Shown: positions 41,065 to 50,134 of the stretch, piece by piece | How positions within the stretch are numbered: the stretch's first letter is position 1 | How the letters are laid out: each line of letters starts with the position of its first letter | From: an uncultured Thiotrichales bacterium | Lineage (GTDB): Bacteria > Pseudomonadota > Gammaproteobacteria > UWMA-0217 | NCBI GenBank assembly: GCA_964439815.1 | Contig: CAYTPO010000142.1 | Span: forward strand, 6,310 to 70,309 | Length of the DNA: 64,000 bases | Direction: 5' to 3' | The notes under the pieces: generated by a model | Told to the model about the DNA's origin: nothing | Databases searched by the model: none | What the model saw: the letters and a program-made list of their open reading frames with translations, nothing else | Position numbers and translations under genes: made by a program

Positions 41065-41104
41065 TAAAAAATCAAAAGGCTACAACCCTGAACAGGTTGT
41101 AGCC
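41065..41104 (-). terminator. Rho-independent terminator for the 41127-42089 gene (stem ggctacaacc / ggttgtagcc, then a T-run on the minus strand)
   Basis: 10-bp perfect stem at 41078-41087 / 41095-41104. The A-rich run at 41065-41076 on the plus strand is a T-run on the minus strand. Confidence 0.8.
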
Positions 41105-41126
41105 TTTCACGTTACAGGTTTCGCTA

Positions 41127-42089
41127 TCAGATAACGGTCAGACTGCCATCATCATCGTCATTTCCGTCCTTCTCCACCGATGCAAACTGCGCTGCCTCTT
41201 CCACCCTGGCCTGCTCCAACACGTCACGCTGACGCTGTATCTCCTCTTCACGACGCCTCTTCCACTCCTCCTTGCGCACGGCAACCCGCTGTTCACGGGC
41301 ACCCTCTTTCACCCGGATACGCATCTCGCCAAACAATACCTGCTTCAGGAAACGCATGCTGAAGACCAGCAAGTTTTCGTCTGAAGAGAGAACCGTGGTC
41401 ATCTCGTCGGGCGGAACATCAAAAATATTCTGAAATCCGGGAGTCTGCACAAACTTTCTGAAGCTATCCATATCATAACTACACATATCGAACAGCTGCA
41501 GGCTACGAGCTGAAGGCGAACCGACAGTAGGCCCCGAGGTGCGTTTCTTGATGACCACATCCATCCATTCCCGATTGGCTTCCTGGTAGTCGGGGATACC
41601 CTGCTTGTCGAGATAGTCGCGCACCGTCTGCCTTACCGGTTCTTCATGGCCTTTGCAGTGATCTTCCCTGACGACAAAGAAAACCTCTTCAACCCTGGGC
41701 TCATCAATCTTCCGCATGGCCATGTTACCCAACGCGTAATAACGACAGGCCACGGGTCGATCTTCATAGACGCGACAGCCATCGTCCGACAGAAAGGTAC
41801 AGCAAGATGATTTACCCGCCGTGGCCAGTCTCAGACCCGGCATGCCATGCTGATCCATCTCGAAAGGGACGGTGTAGCGTGCAACAAACTCGGCGGAGGT
41901 CATCTTCAACCGCCTTTTCAATCTTATGACGTCATAGGGGGTAAGTTGAATGTCACTCTGCTTGCAGCATGCGTTGAAACACGACACCCCTGGATGACAG
42001 TCAAACTGGAATTCCGCATCCAGAGACAGCTCCCGTGGCTGCACAGGACTCTGGTTTGGAATGCTATCCCTGATGTCATCAAAATCCAC
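41127..42089 (-). CDS. YkgJ-family putative Fe-S/zinc-binding protein (CxxCxxCC domain) with a highly charged C-terminal tail
   Basis: CHPGVSCFNACCK motif (the putative zinc- or iron-chelating domain pattern CxxxxxCxxxCC), additional Cys residues, and a C-terminus rich in K/R/E ending in DDDDGSLTVI. Confidence 0.55.
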   Translation of the reverse strand: MDFDDIRDSIPNQSPVQPRELSLDAEFQFDCHPGVSCFNACCKQSDIQLTPYDVIRLKRRLKMTSAEFVARYTVPFEMDQHGMPGLRLATAGKSSCCTFLSDDGCRVYEDRPVACRYYALGNMAMRKIDEPRVEEVFFVVREDHCKGHEEPVRQTVRDYLDKQGIPDYQEANREWMDVVIKKRTSGPTVGSPSARSLQLFDMCSYDMDSFRKFVQTPGFQNIFDVPPDEMTTVLSSDENLLVFSMRFLKQVLFGEMRIRVKEGAREQRVAVRKEEWKRRREEEIQRQRDVLEQARVEEAAQFASVEKDGNDDDDGSLTVI

Positions 42090-42130
42090 TCATACTCCCT
42101 TCATCATGAGATACCGAGATCGAAACTTTT

Positions 42131-42175
42131 TACCTGAATCCGAGAATTAACCTTGGCTTCAGGTGCTCAGTGAGC
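42131..42175. repeat. REP-like element (tacctgaatcc...ccttggcttcaggtgctcagtgagc) of the CCTGAATCC / TTCAGGTGCTCAG family
   Basis: Shares the 13-mer ttcaggtgctcag with 2094-2110 and the arm cctgaatcc with 2052-2060. Confidence 0.55.
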
Positions 42176-42310
42176 AGGCTTGAGCGGCAGCAACTACGCA
42201 GATAGCTTCTGCCCCCCCCCAGATCAAGCGGTGTATTTCACCCGATCTGCGGGAAAAGTGCAAAGAATTATACAAAAAGCAGGGGAACTGGATTGGGAAC
42301 AGCCATTACC

Positions 42311-42345
42311 AATAAAAAAAGGCCGGACATCCTGGATGTCCGGCC
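42311..42345 (-). terminator. Rho-independent terminator of aprBA (12-bp stem ggccggacatcc / ggatgtccggcc, then a T8 run on the minus strand)
   Basis: Perfect stem at 42321-42332 / 42334-42345. The A8 run at 42313-42320 on the plus strand is a T-run on the minus strand. Confidence 0.85.
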
Positions 42346-42375
42346 TCGGGCATTTCAGGCTCCCAGTACTCCACG

Positions 42376-44349
42376 CTATATGGAATCAGGCCCCATGTGA
42401 CCCATACCTTCCGCCTCGGTCTCGGGGTTATAACTGATCAGGCATTCCCACTTCACCTTCTTCAGGCTCCACATACCGGTTTCCTTGTCGTAGGTGCTGT
42501 TGACGAAGCATTTCCAGTTGTCATCATCCACGGCCAGAAAGTCCGTGCGGTAGAAGTACCCCGGATAACGGGTCTCTTCACGGAACTGGATGTGCTTCAT
42601 GTGCGCCGTGGCGGCCAGGATACGGTGGTGATTCTCCCAGGCACGCAGCAGTTCATGCAGGTCTTTTGCTCGCGTTTTGGTGGCATCTTCACGCAACATT
42701 TCCAGTTTGCGCTCGGCGACTCCCAGCATCACCGCGTTGGTCTGGTACATGGTGGAGACGCCAGCCACATATTCATCCATGATTTTCTGCAGACGGAACT
42801 GCAGCATCCTGGGCGTAATGTAGTTGGGATTGACATCAATGGCTGTGGTGTAGTCCTTGTGCTCCAGAAAGGTTCTTACCGGAGCATAGATTTCTTCCAC
42901 GATCTCATTTACCGGACGATCCAGCTCGCGTTTCACGTCCTTGGTATCGATGACATATTTGACCATCGCCTTGGCGGCAATCCGTCCTTCGGTAAAGGAG
43001 CCCGAGCTGAATTTGTGGCCTGAGGCGCCGACACCATCACCAGCTGTAAACAGACCATTGACCGTAGTCATGCGGTTGTAACCCCAATGGTAATGATCCG
43101 GTGAGCCTGGCAGATCTTCGGGACCCGATACCCAGATCCCAGCGCAGCCTGCGTGGGAACCCAACAGGTACGGTTCGGTAGGCATCAGTTCGGATACGTC
43201 CTTGTCGGGCTCGATATTTTCCCCTGCCCATACACCGCACTGCCCGATGGTCATGTCGAGAAAGTCTTCCCATGCTTCGGCTTCAAGGTGCTTGATCTCC
43301 TTGGGCGTCATGTTCTTCGCCAGGTTGGCCATGGCAGTAGGCGTGTCTATGAAGATCGGGCCACGACCTTCCTTCAATTCCTTCATCACGAGGTGGTTGC
43401 GCAGGCAAGTCCCCATATGGAACCCTTTTGCATACTGCGAGGCATTGACGTTTTCAAGCTCCTTGTAGTTCTTTTCCTGGTAGTCTTCGCCAAAGGCGTT
43501 GGTGGATTTGGCCTTGAACAGAAGAAACCAGGCGCCTACGGGTCCGTAACCATCCTTGAAGCGGGCGGGCACGAAGCGGTTTTCCATCAGGGTCAGTTCT
43601 GCACCAGCTTCTGCGGCCATCGCGTAGGTGGAACCGGCGTTCCAGACGGGGTACCAGGCACGCCCCATACCTTCGCCCACCGAGCGGGGACGGAAGACAT
43701 TCACGGCACCGCCACAGACTAGCAGGCAGGCTTTGAATCTGTAGATGTAGACCTTGTCTTCACGTACCGAGAAGCCGGCGGCTCCAACTACGCGAGTAGG
43801 GTCATTCTTGTCATTGAGCAATTTGACGATAAAGACGCGTTCCTGGATGTTTTCTGCGCCCAGAGCCTTCCTTGCGGCTTCTGCAACGATCCATTTGTAG
43901 GATTCGCCATTGATCATGATCTGCCAGCGACCGGAGTTGACAGGCGTACCGCCCTCTTTCAGGCTCTTGTCTTCTTCGCCTTCCTTCTTCCAGATTGGAA
44001 GCCCCCATTTCTCGAAGTTGTGAACAGAATCATCGACATGACGGCCCACATCGTAAACCAGATCTTCACGCGTCACCCCCATGAGGTCGCCACGGACATA
44101 GCGCACATAATCCGCAGGATCATTCTTGCCCATATAGGTGTTGATGGCTGACAGACCCTGTGCAACTGCACCGGAACGATCCAGGGCAGCCTTGTCGACC
44201 AGTTTCACGCTGATGTCATGGCCGTCAGCCTTGGCGGCGTCTGTCCAGCGTTTGAGTTCGAAGGCACATCCGCAGGCAGCCATGCCGCCTCCAATCAGAA
44301 GGATGTCTACTTCTTCCTCAACAACATCTGGGTTGCCGAATCCGCTCAT
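42376..44349 (-). CDS. aprA: Adenylylsulfate (APS) reductase alpha subunit
   Basis: 657 aa. FAD-binding ILLIGGGMAACG, DRSGAVAQGLSAINTY, GLPIWKKEG, and a C-terminal HMKHIQFREETRYPGYFYRTDF matching AprA. Confidence 0.85.
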   Translation of the reverse strand: MSGFGNPDVVEEEVDILLIGGGMAACGCAFELKRWTDAAKADGHDISVKLVDKAALDRSGAVAQGLSAINTYMGKNDPADYVRYVRGDLMGVTREDLVYDVGRHVDDSVHNFEKWGLPIWKKEGEEDKSLKEGGTPVNSGRWQIMINGESYKWIVAEAARKALGAENIQERVFIVKLLNDKNDPTRVVGAAGFSVREDKVYIYRFKACLLVCGGAVNVFRPRSVGEGMGRAWYPVWNAGSTYAMAAEAGAELTLMENRFVPARFKDGYGPVGAWFLLFKAKSTNAFGEDYQEKNYKELENVNASQYAKGFHMGTCLRNHLVMKELKEGRGPIFIDTPTAMANLAKNMTPKEIKHLEAEAWEDFLDMTIGQCGVWAGENIEPDKDVSELMPTEPYLLGSHAGCAGIWVSGPEDLPGSPDHYHWGYNRMTTVNGLFTAGDGVGASGHKFSSGSFTEGRIAAKAMVKYVIDTKDVKRELDRPVNEIVEEIYAPVRTFLEHKDYTTAIDVNPNYITPRMLQFRLQKIMDEYVAGVSTMYQTNAVMLGVAERKLEMLREDATKTRAKDLHELLRAWENHHRILAATAHMKHIQFREETRYPGYFYRTDFLAVDDDNWKCFVNSTYDKETGMWSLKKVKWECLISYNPETEAEGMGHMGPDSI

Positions 44350-44401
44350 TGTTCTCTCCAGGTAAGGTTGGTTCTTCGATATTTCTTGATCAGATCAGTG
44401 T

Positions 44402-44866
44402 TCAGCCGGCACGAAATTGTGACATGTCACAACTGTGTGTGCCTTTGGTGAACAGGGTCGAGTGGTCAGCGATTTCCTCCAGGACTGCATCGTTCTCGCC
44501 ACCATAGGGATCAGCTGAACCTTCTGGCGTGGTACGAATGGGAAATTTGAATCGCTTCATGTTGCCATTGCGGAATTTAATGGTCCAGATGATGGAGTCT
44601 GTGCCTCGCAGAGGCTGGACACTGCCCCCCATCGGTACCACATCGGCATAGGAGCGACATTCAATGGCATTCTGTGGACAGATCTTGACACAGCTGTAGC
44701 ACTCCCAGCACTGTTCCGGTTCCTGGTTGAACGCTTTCATTGCATGGCCAGTCTCGGAGCCATCCGAATCGAGTTTCATCAGGTCATGCGGGCAGATGTA
44801 CACGCACGCCACTCTATCCTGCCCCTTGCAACCATCACATTTATCGGTACGTACGAACGTAGGCAT
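44402..44866 (-). CDS. aprB: Adenylylsulfate reductase beta subunit (iron-sulfur)
   Basis: 154 aa. Two [4Fe-4S] ferredoxin-like Cys clusters (CDGCKGQDRVACVYICP and CWECYSCVKICP), plus the AprB-specific C-terminal tail. Confidence 0.85.
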   Translation of the reverse strand: MPTFVRTDKCDGCKGQDRVACVYICPHDLMKLDSDGSETGHAMKAFNQEPEQCWECYSCVKICPQNAIECRSYADVVPMGGSVQPLRGTDSIIWTIKFRNGNMKRFKFPIRTTPEGSADPYGGENDAVLEEIADHSTLFTKGTHSCDMSQFRAG

Positions 44867-45176
44867 GGGTTTACACCTCCTGGTTGTCTAAAATCGAGTC
44901 ACCGAGCATCTTTGCAGGCTTCCCTTCCCCGATAGGTTTCCTGCTTGCGCAAGCCGACCAGGCTGCAGGTCTTCCTGCGGGAAAACGCAAGGTTAGTCCC
45001 TTCAATGCCTAACCTCAAATATGTAAGTTTATGCAAGCTATAAACCGAGCTTATGAATCCATTGAAAAGACTCTGAATCCGAAAGTTGGACAAGATTAAA
45101 AGGTGCAAGAGGTTGGTTTCGCGGTAGTTTCAAGGATTTATCACCTCACCTGCAGGCCGAGCGGGTATTTCTTGAT

Positions 45177-45230
45177 CCGCTATGGAATCGAGAGCTTGTG
45201 CCAGTCGCCTCATTCAAACCCCGGACTCAG
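45177..45230. repeat. Copy 3 of the roughly 54-nt repeated element (ccgctatggaatcgagagcttgtgccagtcgcctcattcaaaccccggactcag), upstream of aprB
   Basis: Aligns with 25562-25620 and 26749-26802. Confidence 0.7.
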
Positions 45231-45249
45231 AAAGCACAGAGCAAAAACG

Positions 45250-45278
45250 AAAAAAGGCCAGCAAAGCTGGCCTTTTTT
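45250..45278. terminator. Rho-independent terminator (A6-ggccagc-aaa-gctggcc-T6), 3' of the GlyGly-CTERM protein gene
   Basis: Stem at 45256-45262 / 45266-45272 with flanking A-run and T-run. Confidence 0.8.
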
Positions 45279-45292
45279 CAATCCTCATCAAA

Positions 45293-46807
45293 TCAGTGGC
45301 GTCGACGACGCAATCCGAGGAAGCCGAATCCAGCGAGCATCAGCCCCATGGCACCACCACCGCCACCACCACTGGAAGAAGTATCATCCGTTGTTGGCGT
45401 GGTAGGTGTAGTTGGCGTAGTCGGGGTAGTAGGTGCCGTAGGTGTGGTTGGTGTCGTGGGGGTGGTTGGCGTAGTCGGGGTGGTTGTATCCTTACCGAGA
45501 TCAGCCGGTGCCACACATTTGCGCAAAGCGATACCAGACAGCGCTACAAGATTGTAGTTATCTTCCTTGATGTTGCTGTTTCTGACCTCAAGAGTCGCCT
45601 TGTTGCCGGGCTCGGGATCAACCTGCAGGCTGATCTGATGCCATTGGTCCGTTGTCTTGTCTTCAACCAGAGTAAACACGGGTGACGTGGCAGAGCCGGC
45701 CACCAATGTAATTTCAGCATCATCTCCACCAGTTCCAATAACTTCCGATACCGGAGCAGGATTGGAAACCCACACCTCAAACTGGTATTTGGCTTTGGGA
45801 TCAAGCCCGGAAACCGTTTGCATCCAGATTCCGGGACCACCTGACACACCAGCACCGGATGCCAGGAGGTAGCCCGGCGCCTTGTCCAACGCAGGAATAT
45901 CACCCGCCTTCTTGGCGCCTGGGAACGGATATTGGAAATGAGACAGGTCTGTAATCGTGATATTACTGGCCGGCGCAACACCAGGTGCCGCAGCAATCTC
46001 GGTCACCAGCGCAACCTCCTTGTAATTGGCAAAGGTGTTGTCTCCCACGAATTTGTAGTCACTCTTGAAGGATTTGGCGATGAGGCTATTGGGAGGTAGC
46101 GGGGTAGTCTTGCCATCGGCACCTTTAGGCAGAGCACCATGTGGTGTTGAGAAATCACCATTAACCACCTTATTGGTGGTATCCGGTACTGTCCCTTGAG
46201 GACAAACCGATGCATGGGCAGATGGGGCTGATGGCAATATGAAGGTTGCGGAATCCGTCTTGCCGTTCATGTCTGCAGTCGAGGTAAAGGGCCCCTTGTT
46301 TGCAGTACCCACATCAACGGTGACGTCATAACGAACAATAATGGAAGAATAGGGAGACAGCTTCTCCTTGTCTGCGAAAATCTTGTCGCCCTTGTCAGCT
46401 CCGGTTGCTACCCCGGCAAAACCAGGATTCAACGTCAGGGTTGCATTCTGAAAATTGGCCTTGGGTTTTTTTGTGCTGTTCTCATCCTGTACCACCTCAT
46501 CCAGAATGGTCAGATTCTCGACCTTTACCGAATTGCGGATCGCTGCAGGAAAACTGTTCTTGATGGCGTCTGTAATCTGTACTTCCACAGCTGCAGGAGG
46601 CGTTCCCGTCGCGGGAATGGTGTCGTCATTAATGATGCGTTGCTGTATAGAGAAAGTATATTTCGTTCCGACGGCTGTAATTGGTCCCTTCACCTCACGC
46701 AGAAACTGCAAGGCAGCATCGACATCCATACTGAATGTAAGGCTGGAAACAGCCAGAACACCTGCTGCCAATGGAGTGAGTGAGAAAAACTTGCGACTTT
46801 TCGACAT
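45293..46807 (-). CDS. Secreted protein with a Thr-Pro repeat linker and a C-terminal GlyGly-CTERM-like sorting signal (candidate rhombosortase substrate). The real start is MSKSRKFF.
   Basis: Signal peptide. C-terminus reads (TTP)n...SSSGGGGGGAMGLMLAGFGFLGLRRRRH, a Gly run followed by a hydrophobic helix and an Arg cluster. Confidence 0.6.
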   Translation of the reverse strand: MSKSRKFFSLTPLAAGVLAVSSLTFSMDVDAALQFLREVKGPITAVGTKYTFSIQQRIINDDTIPATGTPPAAVEVQITDAIKNSFPAAIRNSVKVENLTILDEVVQDENSTKKPKANFQNATLTLNPGFAGVATGADKGDKIFADKEKLSPYSSIIVRYDVTVDVGTANKGPFTSTADMNGKTDSATFILPSAPSAHASVCPQGTVPDTTNKVVNGDFSTPHGALPKGADGKTTPLPPNSLIAKSFKSDYKFVGDNTFANYKEVALVTEIAAAPGVAPASNITITDLSHFQYPFPGAKKAGDIPALDKAPGYLLASGAGVSGGPGIWMQTVSGLDPKAKYQFEVWVSNPAPVSEVIGTGGDDAEITLVAGSATSPVFTLVEDKTTDQWHQISLQVDPEPGNKATLEVRNSNIKEDNYNLVALSGIALRKCVAPADLGKDTTTPTTPTTPTTPTTPTAPTTPTTPTTPTTPTTDDTSSSGGGGGGAMGLMLAGFGFLGLRRRRH

Positions 46808-47172
46808 GGAATTACCTTTAGTACAGAAATGTTTATAGTGTGGTATCAATCTGGAGAATCCGTGGCAGCGTACCCAATATAAAGCCACCTTCAGACCACG
46901 GGTTCATGGCGCGACCGGGTTTTGAACTCCAGATCCAGCAAGCCCTGCTGAATTCTTCATGCTGCCCTGATATATCGGGCATTTCCCTGATCGTAGCACG
47001 GTGCGACAACCCAAAACTGTGACGCAGTTGCAAGCACACCTGACTATGGCGTCTGCGACAGAAAAAAAGAGAAGCTTTACTTCAATCCAATTGATTATAG
47101 TGCAAACCGCCCACTGTCGTAACTTCACATAGGAAGACAGAGCTACCATACATAACATTCATTTCCCAGTAC

Positions 47173-48162
47173 TCATGCAAGCAACTCCCTGACGATCCCG
47201 GGCCCCCGATAGACAAAACCGGAATACACCTGCACCAGGTCCGCACCACTTTCGAGCTTCAACTGCATATCCTGTGAAGAGAATACACCTCCAGCCGCAA
47301 TCAATGCAGTCTCCCCTCTCAGATGCTGTCGAAACATGGACAGCACCTGCGTCGACTTGTCCAGAAGCGGTTTCCCGCTAAGCCCACCAGCCTCTTCCCC
47401 ATGCACCATTCCCTGCACACCGTCGCGAGTTGCAGTTGTATTGGTCGCGATAACGCCGTCGATGTCCAGTTGGTTGAAGGTGTCGGTCATAACCTCGATT
47501 TCACCTTCATCGAGATCGGGCGCTACCTTGACGACCAGGGGAACATACCTGGATGTTTCCTCGTGCAACTGCATTTGCCGTGCCTTCAATGGCTCCAGTA
47601 AAGCACGCAACATTTCGCTTTTCTGCAGGTCTCGCAAACCGGGGGTATTGGGGGAAGAGATGTTGACAGTGATGTAGTCGGCCAACGGGTAGGACTTGTT
47701 CAAGCCAATGAGGTAGTCATCAACGGCCCTTTCGACAGGCGTATCGAAATTCTTGCCAATATTGATACCCAGAATCCCTTGGTAGCGACGCCTGGCAGCA
47801 TTCTCGAGGAGGTGCTCGATCCCCTTGTTATTGAATCCCATGCGGTTGATGATCGCTTGTGCCTCAGGCAATCGAAACAACCGCGGCCGGGGATTACCGG
47901 GCTGAGGACGCGGCGTAACCGTCCCTATTTCGACGAAACCGAAACCCAATCCACCCAACGCATCGATGTAGTCACCATTCTTGTCCAGCCCCGCAGCCAG
48001 ACCGAGAGGATTGGCAAACTCCAACCCCATCACTCTCCTCGGGCCGCCATGCCAGGCCAGCGGTTTCTTGCGCAATGGAGACAATTTGAGTGCGGCGAGC
48101 GCCACGTGATGTGCCGTCTCTGGAGGTAACGCGAATAACAGGGAACGAATCAGGGCATACAT
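47173..48162 (-). CDS. pyrD: Dihydroorotate dehydrogenase (quinone), class 2
   Basis: 329 aa. N-terminal membrane-association helix and GFNNKG / IGKN motifs. Confidence 0.9.
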   Translation of the reverse strand: MYALIRSLLFALPPETAHHVALAALKLSPLRKKPLAWHGGPRRVMGLEFANPLGLAAGLDKNGDYIDALGGLGFGFVEIGTVTPRPQPGNPRPRLFRLPEAQAIINRMGFNNKGIEHLLENAARRRYQGILGINIGKNFDTPVERAVDDYLIGLNKSYPLADYITVNISSPNTPGLRDLQKSEMLRALLEPLKARQMQLHEETSRYVPLVVKVAPDLDEGEIEVMTDTFNQLDIDGVIATNTTATRDGVQGMVHGEEAGGLSGKPLLDKSTQVLSMFRQHLRGETALIAAGGVFSSQDMQLKLESGADLVQVYSGFVYRGPGIVRELLA

Positions 48163-48225
48163 GGACCACGCCCCCCGCTGCAGACGCGCAGTACCTGCCA
48201 GTCTCTGGATCCGGAGCTGGCGCGG

Positions 48226-48645
48226 CTACTTGACAATTCGCAGAGCCGGTCTTCCGCCATCCTTGCTCTCGCCTGTCGAATCCGGAGAGCTGTCGGGGTC
48301 GGTTGGTGTATCACCATCTTCAGGTGAGAAAACCATTCCCTTGCCATTCTCGCGGGCATAGATTGCCACTGCACAATTGACTGGCACAACGATATCCATC
48401 GGCTTGCCGCCAAAGCGACCGGAGAAAGTGATCTCTTCATTGCCAATGGTCAGCCCCCGCACAGCGGTAGGATTGACATTCAGGACGATCTTGCCGTCAT
48501 CGACATATTCCCTGGGTACGATGACACCCTCTTCGTCGGCAAATACCAGCATATGTGGCGTCAATCCATTATCAACGATCCACTCGTACATCGCCCGTAA
48601 CAGGTACGGACGACTACTGGTCATTTTGGTTTCCTTGTCAGACAA
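48226..48645 (-). CDS. sspB: Stringent starvation protein B (ClpXP specificity-enhancing adaptor)
   Basis: RPYLLRAMYEWIVDNGLTPHM N-terminus and a C-terminal GGRPALRIVK ClpX-binding tail. Confidence 0.85.
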   Translation of the reverse strand: MSDKETKMTSSRPYLLRAMYEWIVDNGLTPHMLVFADEEGVIVPREYVDDGKIVLNVNPTAVRGLTIGNEEITFSGRFGGKPMDIVVPVNCAVAIYARENGKGMVFSPEDGDTPTDPDSSPDSTGESKDGGRPALRIVK

Positions 48646-48657
48646 ATCGAACGTCGC

Positions 48658-49305
48658 CTAGTAACCAGGCTTGCCTACGCCGGGGCGCATCTCGGCCTCA
48701 ACCTGGGTCAAGCTGGCAATGAAACTCTCGCGCTGAAAGATCCGGTCCATATAGTCGATGACTGACTGCGCAGATGCTGGCAGTTCGATGCCCAGATACT
48801 TCAGCCGCCACAAAATGGGAGCAATGGTGCAATCGACCAGGCTGAACTCGTCACTGAGAAAGAAAGGCCTTGCCGCAAAGACTTCTGCCGATGCAATCAG
48901 CATTTCCTTCAACGCCTTGCGCGCTCTGGCCTGCTTCTTTTCGCCACCATACTGCATGTCATCCAACAAGCAGTACCAGTCTCTTTCAACACGATACAGC
49001 GCCAGTCGCGAGCGGGCCCGGGAAACCGGGTCAACCGGCATCAGCGGCGGATGGGGGAATCGCTCGTCAAGATACTCCATGATGATCCGTGGTTCGTACA
49101 ACACCAGATCACGTTCAACCAGTGTAGGTACGGTGTTGTAGGGATTCAGATCAACCAGATCATCCGGCTTGTTATCAGGATCGATATCAATGATATCCAC
49201 CGTGATGTCTTTCTCCGCCAGCACAATGCGGGCGCGATGACACTGCGCACAATTCTGTGCCGAAAACAGCGTCATGACGGAGCGTCGGTTGGCAGCTAAT
49301 GCCAT
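48658..49305 (-). CDS. sspA: Stringent starvation protein A (GST-like)
   Basis: MALAANRRSVMTLFS closely matches the E. coli SspA N-terminus MAVAANKRSVMTLFSG. GST fold. Confidence 0.9.
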   Translation of the reverse strand: MALAANRRSVMTLFSAQNCAQCHRARIVLAEKDITVDIIDIDPDNKPDDLVDLNPYNTVPTLVERDLVLYEPRIIMEYLDERFPHPPLMPVDPVSRARSRLALYRVERDWYCLLDDMQYGGEKKQARARKALKEMLIASAEVFAARPFFLSDEFSLVDCTIAPILWRLKYLGIELPASAQSVIDYMDRIFQRESFIASLTQVEAEMRPGVGKPGY

Positions 49306-49399
49306 ATTTTCTTCCTCTAATCAGCCAACGGGATACAATCGTGTATACATTCGACAGCAAAGCTTGCCTGCCGATTCGCATCTTGTTCCATGATATGTA

Positions 49400-50134
49400 T
49401 CAGTGAACGTCTTTCCAATATTCTTTCTTGAGGAAATAGGCCGAGACGAAAAACACGAACAGAAACAGCATCACGAAAATCCCGATCTTCTGCCGGCTAT
49501 CCCTGGCGGGCTCAGCCATATAGGTCAGGAAATTGGTGATATCGCGAACGATCTGATCATATTGAACGGGCGGCACGGAACCCGGGGAAACCATTGACAG
49601 CTCGGCAGCGCCATGCTCGTCGCTCTCCTTCTTTACCTGCCATCCCTGCAGCTGCCATAGTACATGGGGCATGCCGACGTTGGGGAAAACGACATTGTTT
49701 ACACCCAGCGGACGCGACGGATCCAGATAGAAGCTGCGCAGATAGGTGTAAATCCAATCGGCACCACGCGAACGCGCGACGACCGACAAATCGGGCGGAG
49801 CCTTGCCGAAAGCTTCGCTGGCATCGATCTCCTTCATCGCCGCCTTCATGTAGACACCGACTTTGTCAGGCTCACCGCGCTCATCACGCGAAAAGATCAC
49901 TTCGGATTTCAGGACATCGTCAGGTATGCCCAGGTCTGCACCCACCCGGCTGTAGCGGCTCAAGGCCGTCGAGTGACAACCGGAACAGTAGTTGTTGAAA
50001 TACTTGAAGCCCCGTTGCAGGGAAGCCTTGTTGGACAGATCCACGTCGGCCTTTTCCAGATGAGCGCCCCCTGATGCCAACACGGAAACAGGCGAGGCCA
50101 GTAGCAGAAAACTTAAAATGATTAGCCTTTTCAT
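49400..50134 (-). CDS. petC: Cytochrome c1 of the ubiquinol-cytochrome c reductase complex
   Basis: Signal peptide, CSGCHS heme-binding motif and a C-terminal TM anchor. Confidence 0.9.
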   Translation of the reverse strand: MKRLIILSFLLLASPVSVLASGGAHLEKADVDLSNKASLQRGFKYFNNYCSGCHSTALSRYSRVGADLGIPDDVLKSEVIFSRDERGEPDKVGVYMKAAMKEIDASEAFGKAPPDLSVVARSRGADWIYTYLRSFYLDPSRPLGVNNVVFPNVGMPHVLWQLQGWQVKKESDEHGAAELSMVSPGSVPPVQYDQIVRDITNFLTYMAEPARDSRQKIGIFVMLFLFVFFVSAYFLKKEYWKDVH

